A stretch of DNA of 35,507 nucleotides. Source: an uncultured bacterium (GTDB lineage: Bacteria > Planctomycetota > UBA1135 > JAKEFM01). Below, one piece after another: positions 9,295-16,923 of this stretch (its first letter is position 1; every line of letters starts with the position of its first letter). Below the pieces are notes generated by a model. The model worked only from the letters and a program-made list of their open reading frames with translations. It was not told the origin of the DNA and searched no databases. Position numbers and translations under genes: made by a program. The DNA lies in NCBI GenBank assembly GCA_967798035.1, contig CBRGOK010000001.1, forward strand, positions 1 to 35,507, in the 5' to 3' direction.

Positions 9295-10226
9295 GCGGCG
9301 GCCGCGTCGTCAGCGTCGTCGTCCACTGGAACCAGCCCGCGGAGACGGCGGCGTGCGTCGCCTCCCTCCTGCGCTCCGACTACCCCTCCCACGAGGTCGT
9401 CGTCGCGGACAACGACTCGCGCCCCGAGGCCCTCGCGCGGCTGCGGGAGGGGATCGGGACGGTCCGGGTCCGCGCGAACGGCGCCAACCTCGGCTACGCC
9501 GGCGGGAACAATCCCGCCCTCCTCGAGGCCGTCGCCGGGGGGGCGGCGTTCGTCTTCCTCGTGAACAGCGACGCCACGGTCGCCCCCTCCGCGATCTCCC
9601 GGCTCGTCGCCGCGGCGGAGGCCGACGAGAGGATCGCGGCGATCGGCCCCTACGTCCTCTCGGCGGAGCGGCCCGAGCACATCCTCTACGCCGGCGGGAC
9701 GGTCGACTGGATCCGCGGGCGCACCGACATCCGCCGGCCGCGCCCGGGGGAGGAAGGGGGGGTCCTCGACGTCGACTGGATCCCCGGTTGCGCGATGCTC
9801 GTCCGGGCGCAGGCCGTCCTTCGCGTGGGGGTGATGGATCCCGCCTACTTCCTCTACCTCGAGGAGGTGGACTGGTGCACGCGGATGCTCCGGGCGGGCT
9901 TCCGCGTCTCCATCCTCGCCGAGCCCCTCGCCTCGCACCGGGAAGGGAGCTCCCTCTCCCTCACGAAGAGCCCCTACTTCCTCTACTACTACGCCCGCAA
10001 CCTCCCCCGCTTCCTCGCCCGTCACGCCCCGCGCGGGACGGGGCTCCGCTTCCTCCCCCGCTACCTCTGGAAGAACCTGGTCGCGGGGGCGGCCTACTAC
10101 GCGGCGGGCTATCTCAAGGGGAGGGACCGCCGCGACCTCGTCCGCGCCCGCGCCCAGCTCGCCGCGCTGCGCGACGCGCTGCTGCGGCGGAGCGGACGCG
10201 GGCCGGCCTGGCTCGACTCCGGGTGA
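9291..10226 (+). CDS. Family 2 glycosyltransferase (GT-A fold)
   Basis: The ATG at 9291 overlaps the flippase stop (ATGA). Motifs: VSVVVHWNQPAETAACVASLL, VVVADNDS, NLGYAGGNN, LVNSDATV, GCAMLVR, YLEEVDWCTR. Confidence 0.9.
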   Translation: MSGGRVVSVVVHWNQPAETAACVASLLRSDYPSHEVVVADNDSRPEALARLREGIGTVRVRANGANLGYAGGNNPALLEAVAGGAAFVFLVNSDATVAPSAISRLVAAAEADERIAAIGPYVLSAERPEHILYAGGTVDWIRGRTDIRRPRPGEEGGVLDVDWIPGCAMLVRAQAVLRVGVMDPAYFLYLEEVDWCTRMLRAGFRVSILAEPLASHREGSSLSLTKSPYFLYYYARNLPRFLARHAPRGTGLRFLPRYLWKNLVAGAAYYAAGYLKGRDRRDLVRARAQLAALRDALLRRSGRGPAWLDSG

Positions 10227-11431
10227 GCGGGCTCCGCCGCGTCCTCCTCGGCGCGATCCTCCTGCGCCTCTTCCTCGCGGCGGCGGTCCCGCCCGGGGAG
10301 GCCCCCGACGAGCGGGCCCACGCCGAGTTCGTGCGCTACCTCGCCGAGGAGCGGCGTCTCCCCGTCCAGACGGAGCGCACCGGCGAGGGAGACCGCTACG
10401 AGTACTACCAGCCGCCGCTCTTCTACATCCTCGCCGCGCCGCTCCACTCGATCGCCGGTGGGGGGGACCGCGCCCTCTACGCGGTCCGCGTCCTCAACGC
10501 GATCCTCTCCGTCCTGACCGTCGCGGCCGGCGCCCGGTTCGTCCGGACCTGGGTCCCGGATCGGCCTTCCCTCCCCGTGGGGGTCGCGGCCTTCCTGGCG
10601 TTCCACCCCTCGTTCGCGGCGAGCGGATCCGCCGTCAACAACGACGCCCTGCTCGTCCTTCTCTCGACGCTGGCGCTCGAGCGGCTCGGCCACGCCGTCC
10701 GGACGCCTCGCCTGCGGCCGATCGACCGGCTCGTGTCGACCCTCCTCCTCGCCGCCGCGCTCCTGACGAAGGTCTCGGGCGCCTTCCTCCTCCCGGTCGT
10801 CGGTCTCGGCCTCCTCGTCGCGAGGGGAGGCCTGCGGGGATCGGCGGAGGCGGCCGGCGTCGCGTGCGGCGCGGCGCTCCTCGCCTCGCCCTGGTACCTG
10901 CGCAACCTCCTCGTTTACGGCGGCCTCCTCCCGCACGAGATCGCGAACGTCCCCTGGGCAGATCGGCCTCCCGCCCTCGAGGCGGCGACGTGGGAGGCGG
11001 GCTACGCCGCGCGCACTTTCTGGGTCTCCTTCGGCCGCCACAACGAGGTCGAAGTCGAAGCCCTGCGCCCCCTCCTCTTCGCGCTCGGCGCCCTCCTCCT
11101 CCTCGTCTTCGCGCGGTGGGCCGCGCGGGAGGTTCGCGTCCCCGACAGGGAACGGCGCGCCCTGGCGCTCGCCGCCTACACGGGCGTCGTCCTCCTCCTC
11201 GCCTTCGTCGCCTCCTTCGGATGGCGGTACGGCCAGGCGCAGGGCCGCTTCCTCTTCCCGGTGCTCGCGCCGTTCGCGGTGGCCTCCGTGTCCACGCTGG
11301 AGGAGGTCGCGGGACCCGGCCGGTCCCACCGGATCCCCGCCCTCCTCGCCGGCACCTTCCTCGCGCTCCTCGGGGCGGAGTTCCTCGGCGCGTTCCTCCC
11401 GAAGTTCTACCCCTCGGTCCTGCCCTGGTAG
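10223..11431 (+). CDS. GT-C type membrane glycosyltransferase (ArnT/PMT_2/DUF2142-like)
   Basis: The GTG at 10223 overlaps the GT2 stop (GTGA). The protein is 402 aa and polytopic. The first loop carries EAPDERAHAEFVRYL (acidic DE motif after TM1), followed by YYQPPLFYIL. Confidence 0.75.
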   Translation: MSGLRRVLLGAILLRLFLAAAVPPGEAPDERAHAEFVRYLAEERRLPVQTERTGEGDRYEYYQPPLFYILAAPLHSIAGGGDRALYAVRVLNAILSVLTVAAGARFVRTWVPDRPSLPVGVAAFLAFHPSFAASGSAVNNDALLVLLSTLALERLGHAVRTPRLRPIDRLVSTLLLAAALLTKVSGAFLLPVVGLGLLVARGGLRGSAEAAGVACGAALLASPWYLRNLLVYGGLLPHEIANVPWADRPPALEAATWEAGYAARTFWVSFGRHNEVEVEALRPLLFALGALLLLVFARWAAREVRVPDRERRALALAAYTGVVLLLAFVASFGWRYGQAQGRFLFPVLAPFAVASVSTLEEVAGPGRSHRIPALLAGTFLALLGAEFLGAFLPKFYPSVLPW

Positions 11432-11437
11432 CGGCGA

Positions 11438-11456
11438 GGCGGGAGGAACCCCCGCC
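11438..11456 (+). terminator. Possible stem-loop after the glycosyltransferase operon
   Basis: ggcggg-aggaacc-cccgcc (6-bp GC stem, 7-nt loop) lies 7 nt after the TAG at 11429-11431. There is no U-tract. Confidence 0.3.
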
Positions 11457-11471
11457 GGGGAGCCGTCGTTC

Positions 11472-11477
11472 TACAAT
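11472..11477 (+). promoter_or_regulatory. -10-like hexamer TACAAT
   Basis: An AT island in a GC-rich spacer, 64 nt upstream of the lipoprotein ATG (11542). No clear -35. Confidence 0.3.
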
Positions 11478-11541
11478 CCCCACCCTCGCGAATAGCCGAT
11501 CGGGGCCCCGTATCCGGCCCGTCCCCCCCAGGGAGGTCCCC

Positions 11542-12312
11542 ATGAGATTCCCCGTCGCCCCCCTCGTCCCGGTCCTCGCGCTCCTCGCCGGTTGCCGGAT
11601 CATCCGCCAGTCCGACTTCGAGAGGATCGGGGAGACCGAGGCGCGGACCGAGGTCGGCGAGGCCCGCCGGCTCGTCGTCCGGAACACGGTCGGCGACGTG
11701 GTCGTCCGGACGGACGCCGAAGGGACGGTCACGGCGAAGGCCGTCGTCTACCACCGCGAGGACGGAACGCTCCGGACCGCCGGGCCCGAGGACCTTCGCG
11801 TCGAGGTCGAGGGGGACGCCGTGATCGTCGAGAACGCCCACCGCGACGATCCGGACCGGGAGGACTGGAAGATGTCGATCGTCGTCTCGGCGCCGCCCGG
11901 CCTCGACCTCGAGCTCCGGCAAGGCGTCGGGGACGGCACCCTCTCGGGCGCGTTCGGCGAGGTCTCGGCGGACGTCGGCGTCGGGGACCTCGAGGTCCGC
12001 GCCGAGTCGATGCGGGGCGGGCGCGCGAAGATGGGGGTGGGGGACCTCACGGTCGAGGTCCAGGCGGAGGGTCCGACGACCTCCCTCGAGTGCGAGACCG
12101 GCGTCGGCGAGATCTCCGTCGCGGTCCCCGCCGCGTTCGACGGCGAGGTCTTCCTCCACGCCGGCGTCGGCGAGATCGACGTCGAGAACGCCGCCGGCGT
12201 GCACGTCGATCGCGTGGGCGCGAGCGCCACCTGCGAGGGCAGGCTGGGGAGCGGCGCGGGACGCGTCAGAGCGAAGACCGGGGTGGGAGAGATCTCCTTC
12301 GCGCGCCGGTAG
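11542..12312 (+). CDS. Lipoprotein with DUF4097-like (putative adhesin / beta-helical) repeats
   Basis: GGGAGG at 11531-11536 precedes the ATG at 11542. Lipobox: MRFPVAPLVPVLALLAGC. Repeated rungs: VGVGDLEV, MGVGDLTV, TGVGEISV, AGVGEIDV, TGVGEISF. Confidence 0.75.
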   Translation: MRFPVAPLVPVLALLAGCRIIRQSDFERIGETEARTEVGEARRLVVRNTVGDVVVRTDAEGTVTAKAVVYHREDGTLRTAGPEDLRVEVEGDAVIVENAHRDDPDREDWKMSIVVSAPPGLDLELRQGVGDGTLSGAFGEVSADVGVGDLEVRAESMRGGRAKMGVGDLTVEVQAEGPTTSLECETGVGEISVAVPAAFDGEVFLHAGVGEIDVENAAGVHVDRVGASATCEGRLGSGAGRVRAKTGVGEISFARR

Positions 12313-12325
12313 CTAACCTCCTCCG

Positions 12326-13105
12326 TTGCGGATCGTCACCTGGAACGTCAACTCGATCCGCACTCGGCTCCCCCGCTGCCTCGCCTTCCTCGATCGCCAC
12401 CGTCCCGACGTCCTCTGCCTCCAGGAGACGAAGGTCGCGGACGCGGAGTTTCCCTCCGCTCCGTTCGAGTCCGCGGGCTACCGCGCGACCCTCCACGGGC
12501 AGAAGACCTACAACGGCGTCGCGATCCTCTCGCGGTCGGAGGTCGAGAACGTCCAGCGCGGGATCCCGGACGCCGAGGGGGACGAGCAGGCGAGGCTCCT
12601 CGCGGCGACGGTCGGGGGGGTGCGCGTCGTCAACGTCTACGTCCCCAACGGCGAGTCGGTCGACTCCCCGAAGTTCCCCTACAAGCTGCGCTGGCTCGAG
12701 AGGCTCGCCGCGTGGCTGCGCGAGTCGACCGACCCCTCGAAGCCGCTCCTCGTCTGCGGCGACTTCAACATCGCGCCCGAGGACCGCGACGTGCACGACC
12801 CCGAGCGGTGGCGCGGGCAGGTCCTCTTCCATCCCGAGGAGCACCGAAGGCTCCGGGCCCTCTGCGACGGGGGGCTCGTCGACCTGCTGCGCCGGAAGCA
12901 CTCCGAGCCCGGGATCTTCACCTGGTGGGACTACCGGATGGGATCGTTCCACCGGGGCTGGGGGCTGCGGATCGACCTCCTCCTCGGGAGCCCTCCCCTC
13001 GCCGAGCGCTGCCGCGAGGTCACCGTCGACCGGGAGGAGCGCAAGGAGTCGACGGGCGAGGGGAAGCCCTCCGATCACGCCCCCGTCGTCGCCGACTTCT
13101 CCTGA
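12326..13105 (+). CDS. xthA: Exodeoxyribonuclease III (AP endonuclease)
   Basis: RIVTWNVNSIRTRL, CLQETK, YNGVAILSR, VNVYVPNG, VCGDFNIAPEDRD, FTWWDYR, RIDLLL, SDHAPVVADF. The start is a forced TTG at 12326: an in-frame TAA at 12314-12316 closes the frame upstream. It lies 13 nt after the lipoprotein stop with no SD. Confidence 0.95.
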   Translation: MRIVTWNVNSIRTRLPRCLAFLDRHRPDVLCLQETKVADAEFPSAPFESAGYRATLHGQKTYNGVAILSRSEVENVQRGIPDAEGDEQARLLAATVGGVRVVNVYVPNGESVDSPKFPYKLRWLERLAAWLRESTDPSKPLLVCGDFNIAPEDRDVHDPERWRGQVLFHPEEHRRLRALCDGGLVDLLRRKHSEPGIFTWWDYRMGSFHRGWGLRIDLLLGSPPLAERCREVTVDREERKESTGEGKPSDHAPVVADFS

Positions 13106-13108
13106 GCG

Positions 13109-13131
13109 GCGCCCCTAGCCGATCGGGGCGC
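13109..13131. terminator. Stem-loop at convergent gene ends (xthA vs FAD oxidoreductase)
   Basis: gcgcccc-tagccgatc-ggggcgc (7-bp stem, 9-nt loop). It sits in and just past the 9-nt gap between the two convergent genes and contains the stop (13115-13117) of the minus-strand gene. Confidence 0.4.
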
Positions 13132-14350
13132 GGCGACGGGAGAGGACCGGGAGGTCGAGGAGGTGTCCGGTGCGGGGGAGCCGCGCGCGGCGGGTGCCGG
13201 GATCCTCGACCAGGTCGGCGACAATCCGGCCGATCGCGGGCGCGCCCTTGAACCACGCCCCGCTCGTCCCGATCGCGACGAAGTATCCCTCGACGTCCGT
13301 CCGGTCGATCAGGGGATAGCCGTCGGCGGCGGTCCAGTCGTAGAGCGCGGGCTTCGCGTGCATCCCGCGGACGCGCGCGCCCGGCCAGCGCGCGCGGAGC
13401 GCCGCGACCTTCTCGCGCGCGAAAGCACGGAGCGCTCGAGGGTCGGTCCGCTCGTCCGGCTTCGTCCGGAAGTCGCGGTGGTCGCGGGGAAGCGCGCCTC
13501 CGAGGCGCACGCCGCTCGGCGAGGGTCGGAGGTAGAAGCCGTGTCGGAGATCGATCATCGCGGGCAGGCGCGGTTCCGGGGGTCCGGCGAGCGCCACCTC
13601 GACGACGGTCTGCCCGAGCGGGACGGTCGCGAGCGGGAGGGGACAGCGCGCGAGGAGGTTCACCTCGGCCGACCACGGGCCGGCGGCGTTGACGAGGGCC
13701 TCCGCGGGGAGCCGACCCCTCGTCGTCCGGACCCCGAGGATGCGCGGCGGATCGCCGTCCGTCGTGTCGACGGCGAGGAGACGCTCGCCGAACCGGAACC
13801 GGACGCCGGCCGCGGCGGCGGACTCGACCGCGTCGAGGACGGCCTCGCGCGGGCCCGCGACGTAGCCGGAATCGGGCTCGACCAGGCCGACCTCGGCGGG
13901 CCCGGTGAAGGCGAAGAAGGGGAAGGCCTCCCGGAGGGCGCGCCCCCGCAGCAGGTCGCAGCCGACGCCGAGGGCGCGCAGCCCGCGCACGATCCGGTGA
14001 AGGTCCGCTCCGCTCGCCTCGGGCTTCAGCCCGAGCGCGGAGCCGCTCGGACGGGCCGCGGCCTCCCTGAGGAGGAAGAGGACGCCGGAGCGGACGAAGC
14101 GGGCCCGGGTCCTCCGGAGGCGGAGGTGCTCGGCCCACGCCTCCCAGGTCGCGCGCCCCTCGTGGGCGAGCTTGATCGCCTCGCGCTCGCCGTAGTGGCA
14201 GCGGATGACCGCCGAGGAGCGGCGCGTGCTGCCGCGGCCGGGGGCGGGGAGGCGCTCCAGGACCGTGACGGCGAATCCCTTCCGGGCGAGCTCGAGGGCG
14301 GCGCAGGCTCCGACGATCCCGCAGCCGACGACGACGACGCGACGGGGCAC
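13115..14350 (-). CDS. FAD-dependent oxidoreductase (DAO / D-amino-acid or sarcosine oxidase-like)
   Basis: The GTG at 14350-14348 shares 1 nt with the upstream TAG (TAGTG). Rossmann motif VVVVGCGIVGACAALELARKGFAVTVLE. DAO-like C-terminal segment YFVAIGTSGAWFKGAPAIG. Track ORF residues upstream are R/P-rich. Confidence 0.85.
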   Translation of the reverse strand: MPRRVVVVGCGIVGACAALELARKGFAVTVLERLPAPGRGSTRRSSAVIRCHYGEREAIKLAHEGRATWEAWAEHLRLRRTRARFVRSGVLFLLREAAARPSGSALGLKPEASGADLHRIVRGLRALGVGCDLLRGRALREAFPFFAFTGPAEVGLVEPDSGYVAGPREAVLDAVESAAAAGVRFRFGERLLAVDTTDGDPPRILGVRTTRGRLPAEALVNAAGPWSAEVNLLARCPLPLATVPLGQTVVEVALAGPPEPRLPAMIDLRHGFYLRPSPSGVRLGGALPRDHRDFRTKPDERTDPRALRAFAREKVAALRARWPGARVRGMHAKPALYDWTAADGYPLIDRTDVEGYFVAIGTSGAWFKGAPAIGRIVADLVEDPGTRRARLPRTGHLLDLPVLSRRRAPIG

Positions 14351-15306
14351 TACCCCTTTCCGAGGTACTCGGGGAGCCGCGCGAGGTCGAGGTTCCCCCC
14401 GCTCACGATCGCGACGACCCGCTCGCCGGGCTTCACCCCCGCGCGGCGCGTGAGGAGGGCGCCCGCGGAGGCGGCCCCCGCCGGCTCGGCGAGGACCCGG
14501 CACCGCTCGAGGAGGAAGCGCAGGCCCGCGAGGATCTCCTCCTCCGAGAGGACGACGAGGCCGTCGAGCCGGCCCTGGAGGATCCGGAGGTTCCTCTCGC
14601 CGGTGAAGGGGGCGGCGAGGCCGTCGGCGACGGTCTGGACCCGCTCGAGCCTCACGACCTTCCCCGCCTCGAGCGCGCGGCGGAGCTTGTCCGCGCCGGC
14701 GGGCTCGGTGGCGACGACGCGGCAATTCGGAGCCGCCGACTTGACCACGAGGGCGCTCCCCGCGATCAGGCCCCCTCCCCCGACGGGAGCGAGGAGGAGA
14801 TCGGCGTTCGGGAGGTCCTCGAGGATCTCGAGAGCGACCGTCCCCTGGGCCGCGATCACGTCCTCGTCGTCGAAGGGAGGGACGAACCGCAGCCCCCGCT
14901 CGGCCGAGATCCGGTCGACGAGGGCGAAGGCCTCGTTCGCGTTCGCCGCGAAGACGATCTCGGCGCCGAGGGCGCGGGTCGCCTCGACTTTCACCGGGTT
15001 CGCTCCGGCGGGCATGACGACCGTGCAGGGAATCCCCGCAGCGGCGGCCGCGTGAGCGAGGCCGCGGCCATGGTTGCCGGCCGAAATCGTGACGACGCCG
15101 CGGGCGCGGGCGTCCCGCGGGAGGCGGGAGACCGCGTAGGTCGCCCCGCGGACCTTGAAGGACCCCGTCCGCTGCAGGCTCTCGAGCTTGAGGAACACCT
15201 CGGCCCCGATCTCGCGCGAGAGCGCCTCCGAGCGCACGAGGGGAGTCCGGTCGACCGAGCCGGCGAGGGACTTCGCCGCGCGCCGGACGTCGTCGAGGGT
15301 CGGCAT
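14350..15306 (-). CDS. PLP-dependent threonine/serine dehydratase (catabolic-type, no regulatory domain)
   Basis: MPTLDDVRRAAKSLAGSVDRTPLV, PLP-lysine motif LQRTGSFKVRGA, ISAGNHG, GGGGLIAG. I chose the ATG at 15306. The 33 codons upstream (to 15405) have many A/T third positions, unlike the rest of the gene. Confidence 0.9.
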   Translation of the reverse strand: MPTLDDVRRAAKSLAGSVDRTPLVRSEALSREIGAEVFLKLESLQRTGSFKVRGATYAVSRLPRDARARGVVTISAGNHGRGLAHAAAAAGIPCTVVMPAGANPVKVEATRALGAEIVFAANANEAFALVDRISAERGLRFVPPFDDEDVIAAQGTVALEILEDLPNADLLLAPVGGGGLIAGSALVVKSAAPNCRVVATEPAGADKLRRALEAGKVVRLERVQTVADGLAAPFTGERNLRILQGRLDGLVVLSEEEILAGLRFLLERCRVLAEPAGAASAGALLTRRAGVKPGERVVAIVSGGNLDLARLPEYLGKG

Positions 15307-15441
15307 GCTCGGGAAGAGAGGCCGGTCGCGAAGGGTAGAAGAACCCGCGGGGGAGGCAAGGAGGAGCCGCCCTCTTGAACTCGCGGCGCGCTTCGCCACA
15401 TTCATCCCCCGCGACGCGCCCCGGACGAGGGAATCGACCCC

Positions 15442-15585
15442 ATGACGATCGAGATGTGCAGCACGTGCCAGGGAAAGGGCTACGTCAAGGGAGTCGCCTG
15501 CGTCGACTGCTCGGGCGCGGGGACGAAGGTCCCCTCGAGGCCCGGCAAGAAACCGGCTCCGGCACCTCCGGCGCCGAAACCCTGA
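15442..15585 (+). CDS. Small (47 aa) DnaJ-type zinc-finger protein, CxxCxGxG x2 (not in the ORF track)
   Basis: MTIEMCSTCQGKGYVKGVACVDCSGAGTKVPSRPGKKPAPAPPAPKP followed by TGA at 15583-15585. There are two CxxCxGxG motifs. GAGGGA lies 9 nt upstream of the ATG. 40 of 47 third positions are G/C. Confidence 0.45.
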   Translation: MTIEMCSTCQGKGYVKGVACVDCSGAGTKVPSRPGKKPAPAPPAPKP

Positions 15586-15618
15586 CGCCGCCGCGCCGCG
15601 CCCATCGCCCGGGCGGGC

Positions 15619-16797
15619 CTACTTGCCGGGGGTTCCGGCGAGGCGACCGAACTTGCGCAGGACCTCGCGCAGCCGGTCGTGGGGGAGGGCGACCACCTTC
15701 CTCCCGTCGATCCCGACCATCGTCTCGGCCGCGACGAGGGCGTTCACGATCGCCTCCTCGGTCGCCTCGACCGTCGCCTCGAAGAGCGGATTCGTCCGGT
15801 CGTTCGGGAGCATCTGGAGGGAGGTGATTCCCTCCGTCGCCGCGGCGCCCGGGTTCGCGGTCGAGAAGGCGAGGAAGATGTCGCCCGAGCCGTTCCCCGA
15901 GACGCTGCCGAGGCGGGCGAGGCCGAGGGAGGCGCGGCGCGCGAGCCGCTTCAGCTGATGGGGGAGGAGGGGCGCGTCCGTCGCCACGACGATGATGATC
16001 GAGCCGTTCTCCCGGCTCCAGAGAGCGCCCTCGGGGATCTCCGCGCCGACCGGGACACCCGCGACGCGCAGCTGGTGGCGCAGCCCGTAGTTCGCCTGGA
16101 CGAGGACGCCGACCGTGTGGCCCCCCGCCTTCGCGTCGAGCCGGCGGGAGGCGGTCCCGATCCCTCCCTTGAACTCGTGGCAGATCATCCCGGTCCCGCC
16201 GCCGACGTTCCCCTCGGCGACCGGGCCGCCGCGCGCCCCCTCCAGCGCCTCGATGGCGTGGGCCGCCTTCACGTGGAATCCGTTGATATCGTTCAGGTAG
16301 CCGTCCCAGGTCTCCGCGACGACCGGGAGCGACCACCAGTAGCCCGTCGCGTCCGCCCCCCCCTGCTTCACCCGCCAGGCGATGGCCGCGTCGCGGACGA
16401 CGCCGACGCTGTGGGTGTTCGTGAGGAGGACGGGCCCCTCGAGGAATCCCGACTCCTCGAGCCAGGTCGTGCCGGTCATCTCCCCGTTCCCGTTGAGGGA
16501 GAACCAGCCGGCGAACGCCGGATCGGTCGCCGACCTCTTCCCCCGGGGCAGGATCGCCGTCACGCCCGTCCGGACGGGGCCCTTCCCGACCTCGAGCTTC
16601 CCTTCTCCCGAGACGATCGTGGCGTGCCCGACCTCGACTCCCGCGACGTCGGTGATCGCGTTCAGGGAGCCCGGCGTGCCGTCGAAGGGGACGCCGAGGT
16701 CACGGGCGCGCGGCTTGCCTCCGCCGTTTGGAGGAATCGCGAACGCAGCCAGGGCGATGAAGGAGGCGCTGGTTCTTCCGACCGGACGCGGGCTCAT
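15619..16797 (-). CDS. DmpA/BapA-family (peptidase S58/P1) aminopeptidase, with signal-like N-terminus
   Basis: 392 aa with ITDVAGVEVGH, TGVTAIL, GNVGGGTGM, GSIIIVVATDAPL and SGNGSGDIFLAFST. GGAGG lies 5 nt upstream of the ATG at 16797. The N-terminus TSASFIALAAFAIPP looks like an export signal. Confidence 0.9.
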   Translation of the reverse strand: MSPRPVGRTSASFIALAAFAIPPNGGGKPRARDLGVPFDGTPGSLNAITDVAGVEVGHATIVSGEGKLEVGKGPVRTGVTAILPRGKRSATDPAFAGWFSLNGNGEMTGTTWLEESGFLEGPVLLTNTHSVGVVRDAAIAWRVKQGGADATGYWWSLPVVAETWDGYLNDINGFHVKAAHAIEALEGARGGPVAEGNVGGGTGMICHEFKGGIGTASRRLDAKAGGHTVGVLVQANYGLRHQLRVAGVPVGAEIPEGALWSRENGSIIIVVATDAPLLPHQLKRLARRASLGLARLGSVSGNGSGDIFLAFSTANPGAAATEGITSLQMLPNDRTNPLFEATVEATEEAIVNALVAAETMVGIDGRKVVALPHDRLREVLRKFGRLAGTPGK

Positions 16798-16907
16798 GGG
16801 GGCCTCCGCGGGGATTGGGCTTCCTTGGACGAGCTTCGAGACACGGCGACGATCGGAGCGGGTTCCCGCGCCGCAGAGTCTCCGGGAGGCTGGAACGGAT
16901 CAAGCCT

Positions 16908-16922
16908 CCGCGCGAAGCGCGG
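16908..16922 (-). terminator. Short GC hairpin immediately after the LMF stop
   Basis: ccgcgc-gaa-gcgcgg (6-bp stem, 3-nt loop) abuts the TGA at 16924-16926. A second, partly overlapping stem exists (ggaggc 16885-16890 with gcctcc 16904-16909). No U-tract. Confidence 0.3.
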
Positions 16923-16923
16923 G

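Noticed and set aside
11493-13129. Shared 14-mer TAGCCGATCGGGGC at 11493-11506 and 13116-13129, both near operon ends. It could be a REP-like element.
   Set aside because: There are only two copies, and the motif is short and GC-rich. The second copy partly lies in coding sequence. A chance match cannot be excluded without a genome-wide count.
15307-15405. 33-codon N-terminal extension of the dehydratase (MNVAKRAASS...).
   Set aside because: Third positions here include many A/T, unlike the gene body. The conserved dehydratase N-terminus begins at the internal MPTLDDV.
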